Shown: positions 8,840 to 16,377 of the stretch, in pieces | How positions within the stretch are numbered: the first letter of the stretch is position 1 | Layout: each line of letters opens with the position of its first letter | Source: Planctomycetota bacterium | GTDB taxonomy: Bacteria; Planctomycetota; Phycisphaerae; Sedimentisphaerales; SM23-30 | NCBI GenBank assembly: GCA_022705365.1 | Contig: JAKJEP010000001.1 | Coordinates: forward strand, 22,683-64,969 | Direction: 5' to 3' | Length of the DNA stretch: 42,287 nt | Made by a program: the position numbers and the translations under genes | The notes under the pieces: model-generated | The model's database searches: none | What the model saw: the letters and a program-made list of their open reading frames with translations, nothing else | Told to the model about the DNA's origin: nothing

Positions 8840-10225
8840 CTAGATTTCCGTCCAACTGCCCGGGATCGGCACCGGATAACGTCCCTGCGCATCCGCCTGC
8901 ACCGGTGCCGGACTCTCCGGGGTCAAAGCCTCCAGATTGGGACAAAATGTGAAATTGGAGGCCATGGCCTCATCCCACGTAACGATCTTGCCGGTGTGAA
9001 TGGCCGCCCGCCCCATAATGCAGGTCAGATTCGAATACGCCGACCGCTGGAGCTCATTGTACCTCTGGTCCTGCCGGATGGCCGTAAGCAGCTCATCCCA
9101 TTCCATCTGATAGGGACTCATCTTCTCCTTCTCCGGCTGCCAGGTAATATTGTTTTTGTCCATCCGCTGATCCTGGTAGATCTGGACGGTGGGGGCATGG
9201 ATATTGCCGGAGAACTGGGCCGCACAGTTTGCCCCATGTACAAACGTGGCGAATTCATTATAACAATTCGGCATACCCCGGTTGCAGACCATGGCCTTGG
9301 TGCCGTCCGCAAAGGTGTATTCCACCGCATAGCTATGGAGGTTCTGGCTGCAATCGGTGCTGTTAGGCTCCCGGCCGCCCAATCCCTGCGCCGTAACGGG
9401 CCAGCCGTCTTTGATCCAGCAGCATTCATCCACCTGGTGGATGATAAGATCGATGAAGTTTCCGGACGAGACCCACATAAAGTAGTACGGCCGCCGGATT
9501 TGCCAGAAAAGCTCGTTCTGGTCGCCTGGGAACGGCTCCATCCGGGCACCGCCATCCATCCGGTAGGCGCGAATCAGTTGAATCTGGCCCATGGCCCCAT
9601 CCCGGATCTTCTGGATCAACGCCTGCCGCGCCGACGAATGGCGGCACATGATTCCGCAGCCGATCTTCAGGTTCTTTTCTTTCGCCGCCTCCGCCAGCCG
9701 GAGAAGCTGATGCGTACCGCCCGTATCCGGCGCAAACGATTTTTCCATAAAAACATTCACCCCCTTCTCGACGGCATAGGCAATATGCACCGGCCGGAAG
9801 GCCGCATGGGTGGCCTGGATCACAACATCACCGGGCCGCAGGCAGTCAATCGCCTTGCGATAGGCATCGAATCCGGTGAACCGCTGCTCCGCCGGCACGT
9901 CGATCCGTTCGCCAAACATCTCCCGCAGGGCGTCATACGACCTCGTCAGCCGGTCTTCGAAAAGGTCGGCCATAGCCACCAGTTTGGTGGGGCCGGTCTT
10001 CGAAGACAGGGCGTCGCCTACCGCGCCGCTGCCCCGCCCGCCGCATCCGACCAGCGCTAGCCGAATCGTATTGTCCTCTGCCGCATATGCTCCCGGCAGA
10101 GAGACGCCGGCCAGCACCGAACCGGCCACCACCCGCCCGCTCTGTGCCAGAAACTGACGGCGGGAGACGGTATTAGATGTGGTTCCCAACGCTTGTGACT
10201 TATCCCGCATGTTTTGCCGCTTCAT
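8840..10225 (-). CDS. Tat-exported Gfo/Idh/MocA-family oxidoreductase
   Basis: 461 aa. Consensus twin-arginine motif SRRQFLAQSG followed by a hydrophobic stretch and AYA cleavage context. Rossmann motif IRLALVGCGGRGSGAV. AAGGAG SD sits 8 nt upstream of the ATG. Confidence 0.9.
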   Translation of the reverse strand: MKRQNMRDKSQALGTTSNTVSRRQFLAQSGRVVAGSVLAGVSLPGAYAAEDNTIRLALVGCGGRGSGAVGDALSSKTGPTKLVAMADLFEDRLTRSYDALREMFGERIDVPAEQRFTGFDAYRKAIDCLRPGDVVIQATHAAFRPVHIAYAVEKGVNVFMEKSFAPDTGGTHQLLRLAEAAKEKNLKIGCGIMCRHSSARQALIQKIRDGAMGQIQLIRAYRMDGGARMEPFPGDQNELFWQIRRPYYFMWVSSGNFIDLIIHQVDECCWIKDGWPVTAQGLGGREPNSTDCSQNLHSYAVEYTFADGTKAMVCNRGMPNCYNEFATFVHGANCAAQFSGNIHAPTVQIYQDQRMDKNNITWQPEKEKMSPYQMEWDELLTAIRQDQRYNELQRSAYSNLTCIMGRAAIHTGKIVTWDEAMASNFTFCPNLEALTPESPAPVQADAQGRYPVPIPGSWTEI

Positions 10226-10436
10226 AATAATGGCTCCTTACTACGATGACTCTGTAAGTTCGATGACTGGGATTCTATCTTTCTCTACATCCATTGTCTA
10301 TGAAGAAAACGGAATTGTTCCCTGGTTTCAATCGAATCCATGAGATTTCTTTAACACCTTATATGGAAGTAAGTTATAGCGAACATGATGTTGCCATTCT
10401 CAGCTCCGCAGAGCTGCTTTCCTGATTCATCGAGGC

Positions 10437-12344
10437 TTATTTTTCCACGTAGATATACTTGAATGGATACATATCACGGGCATTGGGATACACACCTTTG
10501 ACCTCCGGCCGGTAGGCCAGCAGATTCACATAGTAATAAAGAGCCATAAACGGAACCTGTTCCTGGATGAGCATGTTTTCCGCCTGGGCCAGAATCGCCA
10601 TCCGTTCCTTTGCGTCCCGGCAGGTTTCCGCTTTTTTGACCAGGGCGTCATATTCCGGCAGGGAAAATCCGGCATCATTGTTCCCATTGCCGGTCGTCAG
10701 CATATCCAGAAACGTCGTCGGATCGTTATAATCGCCGAACCAACTGGCCCGCAGCACCATAAATCGCTGATTCTCCTTGTCATCATCAAAAGTTTTCAGT
10801 TCCTTGCCGCGCAGAGCGGTCTTGATCTGCAGATTCTTCTCCCACATCTCCGCGATGGCCTGGGCCGTCGTTTCGTGCCCCATGCCGCTGTTGTATAAAA
10901 TCTCAATCGTCGGCAATCCCTGTCCCTGCGGATACCCGCATTCTGCCAGCATCTGCCGGGCACGTTCCGGATCATAGCCCGGTCCCGGCGGGCAGGAATA
11001 GCCCGGAATGCTGTCCGGCGGAATCAAATTATACGCCGGCGGATTGCCGATTTTTTTCACCTTTTCCGCCAGGGCCTTCTTATCCACCGCCAGATTAAAG
11101 GCCATCCGTACCCGCCGATCCCGAAACGGATTTTTCGACCCGTCCGGCAGCCGCTCCAGGCAATTAAAATAATAAAAATAGGTCCCAAAGGCCGCCCGGA
11201 TATGGATGTCCTTCCGCATTCCTTCCTTTGCCAGTTCGACCAGCTTGGGAGCGAAATCCAGCCGCGTCACCTCATCGATGAAATCGATCTCTCCCTGTTC
11301 ATAAGCCAGAAACGAGGTGCTCGGCTCCATAATGATACGCGACAAAATGGTTTCCGATTTCACCCGATCCCGGTCCCAATAGTACGGATTCTTTTCGAAC
11401 AGCATATACTGCTTGAATTTCCATGCCTTGAGCTGATAGGGGCCGTTAGTGATTACACCCGGATACCCGTTGTGGTGGTAGTCCGGCTTGGCCCACTGCG
11501 GATCGTAATTCCAGAGGGTCAGATCATCCATGGGGTTTTCCGGAACCATCCGCAGCCTCTCCAGCGACTTCTTATGCACCGGCAGCAGCGTACTGAAAGG
11601 GACCAAATCCAGAAAATACGCGATCGGCCGGGCCAGCGTAACCTGCAAATGCTTCTCATCCAGGGCTTTCAGGCCTACCCGGCGGAAACGCGCCTCCTGC
11701 TCCGCCAGATGCCCCCGGCGATATTCCCCCGCAATCTGTTCCCAGTTTGGATTTTCTGTCTGGGCGCCTGCCAGAGCCAGCGAGTCAATAAACTGCCGGT
11801 CTTCCGGTGAAACAGGCCTGCCTTTGTACAAATCCCGCAGCAGCGACAACGTTTTTACCGCCTGATTCCGCCACCGCACATACTCTTTGGCGCCGGAAAT
11901 ATTCTCCTCCACCAGAAACGCATAATCCTTGGCGATCCCCGGTTCGATGGCCCGCCGCCATCCATAGATAAAATCCTCTGCCGTCACCGGATCCCCGTTC
12001 GACCACCGTGCCTCCTCCCGCAGGGTAAAAGTATAGACCAGACCGTCTTCGCTGATCTGCGGCGGCAGCTTGGCCGCTCCCTCCACTGGTGCCGAGGTTT
12101 CCGGATGGTAGCTGGCCAGCCCTTCCCATAAGCCCAGGGCAATCCGGATATCTTTGTTCCAGGCCGCCTGAGCCGGGTCCAGCGTTTTGATTTCATCGCC
12201 CAGCGCATAGGTAAAATCCGCCTTCGGCAGCGGTCTTTCCCGCAGGGAGAAGAAACCCAGCATCAGCATCAGCATCAAAAACAAAATTATAAAAACCAGG
12301 CGACGCATACCCGATCCTGCCCAATTCAATCCGGAGCCCTTCAT
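10437..12344 (-). CDS. family-5 (OppA/DppA-type) solute-binding protein with N-terminal membrane anchor
   Basis: 635 aa. SBP_bac_5-like sequence throughout (TLDPAQA..., YTFTLREEARWSNGDPVTAEDFIYGWRR, NPYYWD, WFGDYNDP). Hydrophobic anchor LVFIILFLMLMLMLGFF. An alternative start at 12308 (MRRLVF) has a better-spaced AGGA SD. Confidence 0.85.
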   Translation of the reverse strand: MKGSGLNWAGSGMRRLVFIILFLMLMLMLGFFSLRERPLPKADFTYALGDEIKTLDPAQAAWNKDIRIALGLWEGLASYHPETSAPVEGAAKLPPQISEDGLVYTFTLREEARWSNGDPVTAEDFIYGWRRAIEPGIAKDYAFLVEENISGAKEYVRWRNQAVKTLSLLRDLYKGRPVSPEDRQFIDSLALAGAQTENPNWEQIAGEYRRGHLAEQEARFRRVGLKALDEKHLQVTLARPIAYFLDLVPFSTLLPVHKKSLERLRMVPENPMDDLTLWNYDPQWAKPDYHHNGYPGVITNGPYQLKAWKFKQYMLFEKNPYYWDRDRVKSETILSRIIMEPSTSFLAYEQGEIDFIDEVTRLDFAPKLVELAKEGMRKDIHIRAAFGTYFYYFNCLERLPDGSKNPFRDRRVRMAFNLAVDKKALAEKVKKIGNPPAYNLIPPDSIPGYSCPPGPGYDPERARQMLAECGYPQGQGLPTIEILYNSGMGHETTAQAIAEMWEKNLQIKTALRGKELKTFDDDKENQRFMVLRASWFGDYNDPTTFLDMLTTGNGNNDAGFSLPEYDALVKKAETCRDAKERMAILAQAENMLIQEQVPFMALYYYVNLLAYRPEVKGVYPNARDMYPFKYIYVEK

Positions 12345-12407
12345 CTGGCCGTATAGTCTCCTTATGTACCGGATAACTCGGTTGTATCTGTCAAAGGGAA
12401 AGGGATT

Positions 12408-13640
12408 TTACAGCATATTACTGCCGATACTGCTGGTTTCTATTGCATTCCGGGTACGAGCCTTTTCTATGATTTCTTCCGAGGGGGCCGGCAGCGGCTC
12501 CAGCAGGGTCTGCCCCTCCTGGAGGAGTTTAAAGGCTCGTGACACGATACCCTGGTTCGAAAAAAGCTGTTCATAGGTCTTGGGGAAATCTTCAAAATCC
12601 CCATCCTGAATATCCTTCATAAAACGGCTCTGCTTTTGCGGAGCATCCGTTATATTCCGGAAATAAACTTCCCCTTCGATCAGCACGGTTTCCAGATAGG
12701 CCTGGCTCTGCGGGGAAAGCAGGTTCAGGGTTTCTTCCTCCGAGACTTTGTATTTGATTCCCAGTACATACCGGTAATACGCGGCGGTATATAATTGAGC
12801 GGCACTGCGGATCAGATTGGTCTGGACCTGCGGCATTTGCCGAACCGCTTCGCTGACCGCCACATCAATCAACTGCTGAATCAGTTCCAGGTCCGACAAT
12901 TCGTTATCAACCGTCCAATTCTTATATAGTTCGATCCTCCGGCTGGTGCAAATCGGTAGTGCATCTAATGCCTCCGGATGATTGGACAGCGCCGTAGCCA
13001 GGGATACAAGCTGCGAAATAACTTCCGAATCGGTCTCGCGGGCCGCTTGTTTAGTCAACCCCGCCAGCACGGTCTTCCATTGCGAATCATCTTCGGATGC
13101 CTGCCGTATGGCCGCTGTAATGGCGTTTCCGTTCAGCCCTTTTACGGCCCAATAGCGCAGCGAAGGAGATTCCTCGTCGAATAAAGCCAGCAAATCCGGG
13201 ATGATTTTTACATTGTCACAGGCAGCCAGGGCCACAACCGATGTATATCGTATCTCCCGGGCCAGATTCGGATTCTTAGACGAATTCAGGCTTGCCGTCA
13301 CCTGCTGAAATCCCGCCTGGACGGCAGCCGTAAAGGCATCCGAATAATTCTGACGCGCCTCGGCCGCGGCATCGGGAGCGGAACTGCGGCTGTTTTCAAC
13401 CAGATTTTGCAGGCTGGCGGTTAGCTGGCCGGCATCTGCCGCCTGGGCTATCCCCTCAAATTGCTCTTTAACAAAATTCTCCACTGTGGCTTTGTCTTCC
13501 TCATTGAAAACACTGCGAGTCCGGATGTCCTGAATTGCCTTCGGCGAAACCGCGGCCTGGATACCGGGGCAGGCGACAGCCAGACAAAATAACAGACTTC
13601 CTATCGTTTGATACGAAAACAGCGTTGAAACTTTCTTCAT
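12408..13640 (-). CDS. exported alpha-helical protein of unknown function
   Basis: 410 aa. Signal peptide MKKVSTLFSYQTIGSLLFCLAVACPGIQA. GGAG SD 7 nt upstream. The composition is predicted all-helical and no catalytic motif was recognised. Confidence 0.7.
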   Translation of the reverse strand: MKKVSTLFSYQTIGSLLFCLAVACPGIQAAVSPKAIQDIRTRSVFNEEDKATVENFVKEQFEGIAQAADAGQLTASLQNLVENSRSSAPDAAAEARQNYSDAFTAAVQAGFQQVTASLNSSKNPNLAREIRYTSVVALAACDNVKIIPDLLALFDEESPSLRYWAVKGLNGNAITAAIRQASEDDSQWKTVLAGLTKQAARETDSEVISQLVSLATALSNHPEALDALPICTSRRIELYKNWTVDNELSDLELIQQLIDVAVSEAVRQMPQVQTNLIRSAAQLYTAAYYRYVLGIKYKVSEEETLNLLSPQSQAYLETVLIEGEVYFRNITDAPQKQSRFMKDIQDGDFEDFPKTYEQLFSNQGIVSRAFKLLQEGQTLLEPLPAPSEEIIEKARTRNAIETSSIGSNML

Positions 13641-13679
13641 ATATAACTCCGTGCGGTTCTCCGGGTAGGCTAGGTCTTT

Positions 13680-13742
13680 ATTATACCAGCAGTTACACCA
13701 TTTTTAAAACCATACCCTACCCGGCTTCCTCCCGGTTGTCAA
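13680..13742 (-). promoter_or_regulatory. candidate sigma70-type promoter(s) upstream of the 12408-13640 gene
   Basis: On the minus strand, TTGACA (13742-13737) is followed by a 17-nt spacer and TAGGGT (13719-13714). Further downstream lies an extended -10, TGGTATAAT (13688-13680), 40 nt before the ATG. The 9-bp inverted repeat CCGGGTAGG/CCTACCCGG (13661-13669 / 13716-13724) brackets the extended -10. Confidence 0.3.
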
Positions 13743-13823
13743 GCAGATTTATTGCGGTTGCGGTTGGGGTGCGGTGGTTTTTTTCTGTGTTTTCGACCGG
13801 AATTTCCCCCCAAAAGGTGCGTT

Positions 13824-16355
13824 TCAGGGATTATGACGGTCTAAAAAATACCACATAGTCTTATATTTCCCCTCCAGCCTCAGGATACCGTTTTCAAGGG
13901 GGACTTCCCCAGCTATCGTGCCATCGGGGTGCAGGGCATAACCTTTCCCGGTGCCGACGGGTACTTTCAGGATACCCGTTACGGTTTCGATCCGCACCGG
14001 TCCCAGCCCCCAGTCCCGGCCGACCGTCCGCCGATCCGCCCGGAAGGTCATATCCGTATTCTCGCATCGTCCACACGCCGTGATTAGAATTTTACTGCTC
14101 AGGTTCAGGGGCTGGTTATCTAAGGCGGTAACGGTTAGGGCGGCAAATTCCGGCTGGTCCAGCCGGATCAGGGGGGCCGTATCTTCAGAAAACTGCCCTG
14201 CATGGCCGACACCAACCCAGGAGGTCTTTCCTTTTGCCTGATATATCCCTTTTCCTGCGCTGTTTGTATCCCAGCTAAAGACGGAATCCCTGCCGGTGGC
14301 GGGGGGGAGAACCTGCGTTTGTCCCTCCGCCGATAATTCGGCCCGATTTTCCAGCAGGGATAAAACCGGACCCTGCAAGACAAAAAGGAAGCTGTCTTTG
14401 TATTTTTGCTGGATGGTCGCCAGTTGAGAAAGATCAGAAGGAATCTCCCGTTTTCCCACGGGCAGAACCGGAATCCCGCCATCCCGGAATAGTGCCGCGC
14501 CGGCCCGCATAAAACCCCACTTGGCGGGATTGGAATCAATATCAAAAAAATTGCTCAAACAGTTCCGTGTCCAATCCTGACTGTGGGAATACGAATAAAT
14601 CCAGATACCATCCCAATCCTGACCTGCCCCAAAAGAGGCGACGATCGGGACACATTCCGCCTGCGAATCCAGCGGGGCCGGGTGATTGTATTCCGTAACG
14701 GTAAAGGGTTTTCCCGAAAGTTTGCTCAGGGCAAGCCCCCAGAGGATTGCCTGTTCCGCATGGTCGGTCATGGCCGTTTGTTCAATAAGCCAGTTTTCCG
14801 GATCCCAGGGCTGGCTGGGAAAGTGCGGGTGCTGCCAGTAGGAGTGCGCGTCGATAAAGTCCATATCACTTTGGGCATACAAACCCAGCGGCCCAAAGAC
14901 AATGGTGCCGGTTACCAGGGCCTGGCAGCCCAGCTCATTTCGCAGGAAACTGCGCATCCCGTCAAAAAAACGCTTTTCCGTGTCCGCATAAAAGATCATT
15001 CGGTCCGTTAACCGCTGCTGCGACTCACTCCAGCTATAGATCTGGACGGTTCCCGCTTCCAGCGATTCGGCGGCGTCCAGTTCATAGGAAGCACCCGGAC
15101 ATAACACAATACTGCGCAGATAAACCGGACCCATCTGATCCCCGAATTCAAAATTCAGCCGGGCGTTTTCGTCATCCTCTGGTATCGTAAAGCATAAGGG
15201 ATACTTTCTCCAGCTTTCCGACAGGGTAATTTGCTGGTAAAAACCTAAGCCCCTCCACGGCGGATGTCCTTGCCCGATATTAACCCGAATCGAACGGGAT
15301 TCCGCTGCGGCTGCCTCAAAAACCAGGGTATAAGCCCGGCCTTGCTTTACCGGAAACTGCCGCTGATTGAACTGCAAATGCCAGCCGGCTGTACTGATCT
15401 GCACCGGCTCCAGCGCCAGCCCCTCCTGTTCCTGCCAGCGAATCCAGGCAAGATTCGCCCTGGCCCCGGCATGCTGCTCCAGAAACCAACCTTCCGGCAG
15501 CCCCTCCGCCGGGGATTTCTTTAATTCGCCGTTAATCAGTAAATTAGCTCCTAGCGGCTCACTGCCGGCTGACCAGACCTGCCGGAGTTTCTCTGTCGTC
15601 TCATATCGTTTTTGCAGCCAGTCGTTATATTGCCCCTGCAATATCTCCGCATAATACGCCGGCAAATTAGGCAAACTTTCCGCCGCATCCCACATGAACA
15701 GGCTGTCTTCATTGGTAATTTCGACCATAGCTACCGCCGGATCGTCGGCAAAACGCATGTGGCGGTAGGGATTCTCATACCCCAGAAGCTGCCGGGCATA
15801 GTCCTTCTGGGCATCAATCAATGCCGGGGTAAAGATAGTGACCTTTTTATCCATATCCTGTTTCGAGTCAGGTAAACCCAGATGTACGCTATGCTTGCGG
15901 CCGACATGCAGATTCATATTTACGTAAATTCCGTGCGATGCCAACTGATCGATGAAAAAACCCAGCCGGTCCAGGGCTTCGGGATAAATATTCTGCCCCG
16001 TATTGGGATCCCATATACCCCTGGGCCAGTTCGCCGAATCCATGTGATGCAGCCGCACCGCATTGACTCCCGCCGCCGCCAGCCGCCCGGCAACCACCTT
16101 GGCATCCGCATGGGTGGGAAAATTGGCTCCGAATGACAAATTAACTCCCCATAACCGTACCGGCTGGCCCTGCCCGTCATAAAAATGTCCCTCACGGGCA
16201 CTCAGACGGATTTCTCCGTCAATTGGTCTATAGGGATAAGCAATAACCGAGTCAGGATGAGCCGCCGCCGGAATCACAAACGGCACAAATTCCTTCGCTG
16301 CCGCCAACCGGCAGATTGCTATCGCCGTCCAAATAACTATCACTGCCTTATTCAT
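13824..16355 (-). CDS. clan GH-A (GH5-like) glycoside hydrolase with inserted CBM-like beta-sandwich and C-terminal extension
   Basis: 843 aa with a signal peptide. LWGVNLSF, NAVRLHHMD, acid/base-type VEITNEDS (E216 codon at 15708-15710), DAHSYW (H-x-Y), nucleophile-type FTVTEYNH (E555). Residues ~268-420 look like a CBM4/9/22-type module (NLLINGELK...GWFLE...YTLVFEA...VYLRSIVL). Confidence 0.7.
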   Translation of the reverse strand: MNKAVIVIWTAIAICRLAAAKEFVPFVIPAAAHPDSVIAYPYRPIDGEIRLSAREGHFYDGQGQPVRLWGVNLSFGANFPTHADAKVVAGRLAAAGVNAVRLHHMDSANWPRGIWDPNTGQNIYPEALDRLGFFIDQLASHGIYVNMNLHVGRKHSVHLGLPDSKQDMDKKVTIFTPALIDAQKDYARQLLGYENPYRHMRFADDPAVAMVEITNEDSLFMWDAAESLPNLPAYYAEILQGQYNDWLQKRYETTEKLRQVWSAGSEPLGANLLINGELKKSPAEGLPEGWFLEQHAGARANLAWIRWQEQEGLALEPVQISTAGWHLQFNQRQFPVKQGRAYTLVFEAAAAESRSIRVNIGQGHPPWRGLGFYQQITLSESWRKYPLCFTIPEDDENARLNFEFGDQMGPVYLRSIVLCPGASYELDAAESLEAGTVQIYSWSESQQRLTDRMIFYADTEKRFFDGMRSFLRNELGCQALVTGTIVFGPLGLYAQSDMDFIDAHSYWQHPHFPSQPWDPENWLIEQTAMTDHAEQAILWGLALSKLSGKPFTVTEYNHPAPLDSQAECVPIVASFGAGQDWDGIWIYSYSHSQDWTRNCLSNFFDIDSNPAKWGFMRAGAALFRDGGIPVLPVGKREIPSDLSQLATIQQKYKDSFLFVLQGPVLSLLENRAELSAEGQTQVLPPATGRDSVFSWDTNSAGKGIYQAKGKTSWVGVGHAGQFSEDTAPLIRLDQPEFAALTVTALDNQPLNLSSKILITACGRCENTDMTFRADRRTVGRDWGLGPVRIETVTGILKVPVGTGKGYALHPDGTIAGEVPLENGILRLEGKYKTMWYFLDRHNP

Positions 16356-16377
16356 AAAATTTACCTGTACCCGTCAA

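Noticed and set aside
8717-10060. 447-aa ORF on the + strand
   Set aside because: It lies entirely antisense to the Gfo/Idh/MocA gene, which has clear family motifs and a Tat signal. Its translation is Arg/Pro/Gly-rich low complexity with no SD site. It is a typical shadow ORF in GC-rich DNA.
10401-10416. Hairpin CAGCTC-cgca-GAGCTG, about 20 nt downstream of the SBP gene stop, as an intrinsic terminator
   Set aside because: The stem is only 6 bp, and on the transcribed (minus) strand it is followed by agaatggcaac, not a U-tract. It may still pause or stabilise the RNA, but I cannot call it a terminator.
12258-12276. Tandem hexanucleotide (CAGCAT)x3
   Set aside because: It simply encodes the LMLMLM stretch of the SBP membrane anchor. 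It is in-frame, short and has no sign of being a contingency locus.
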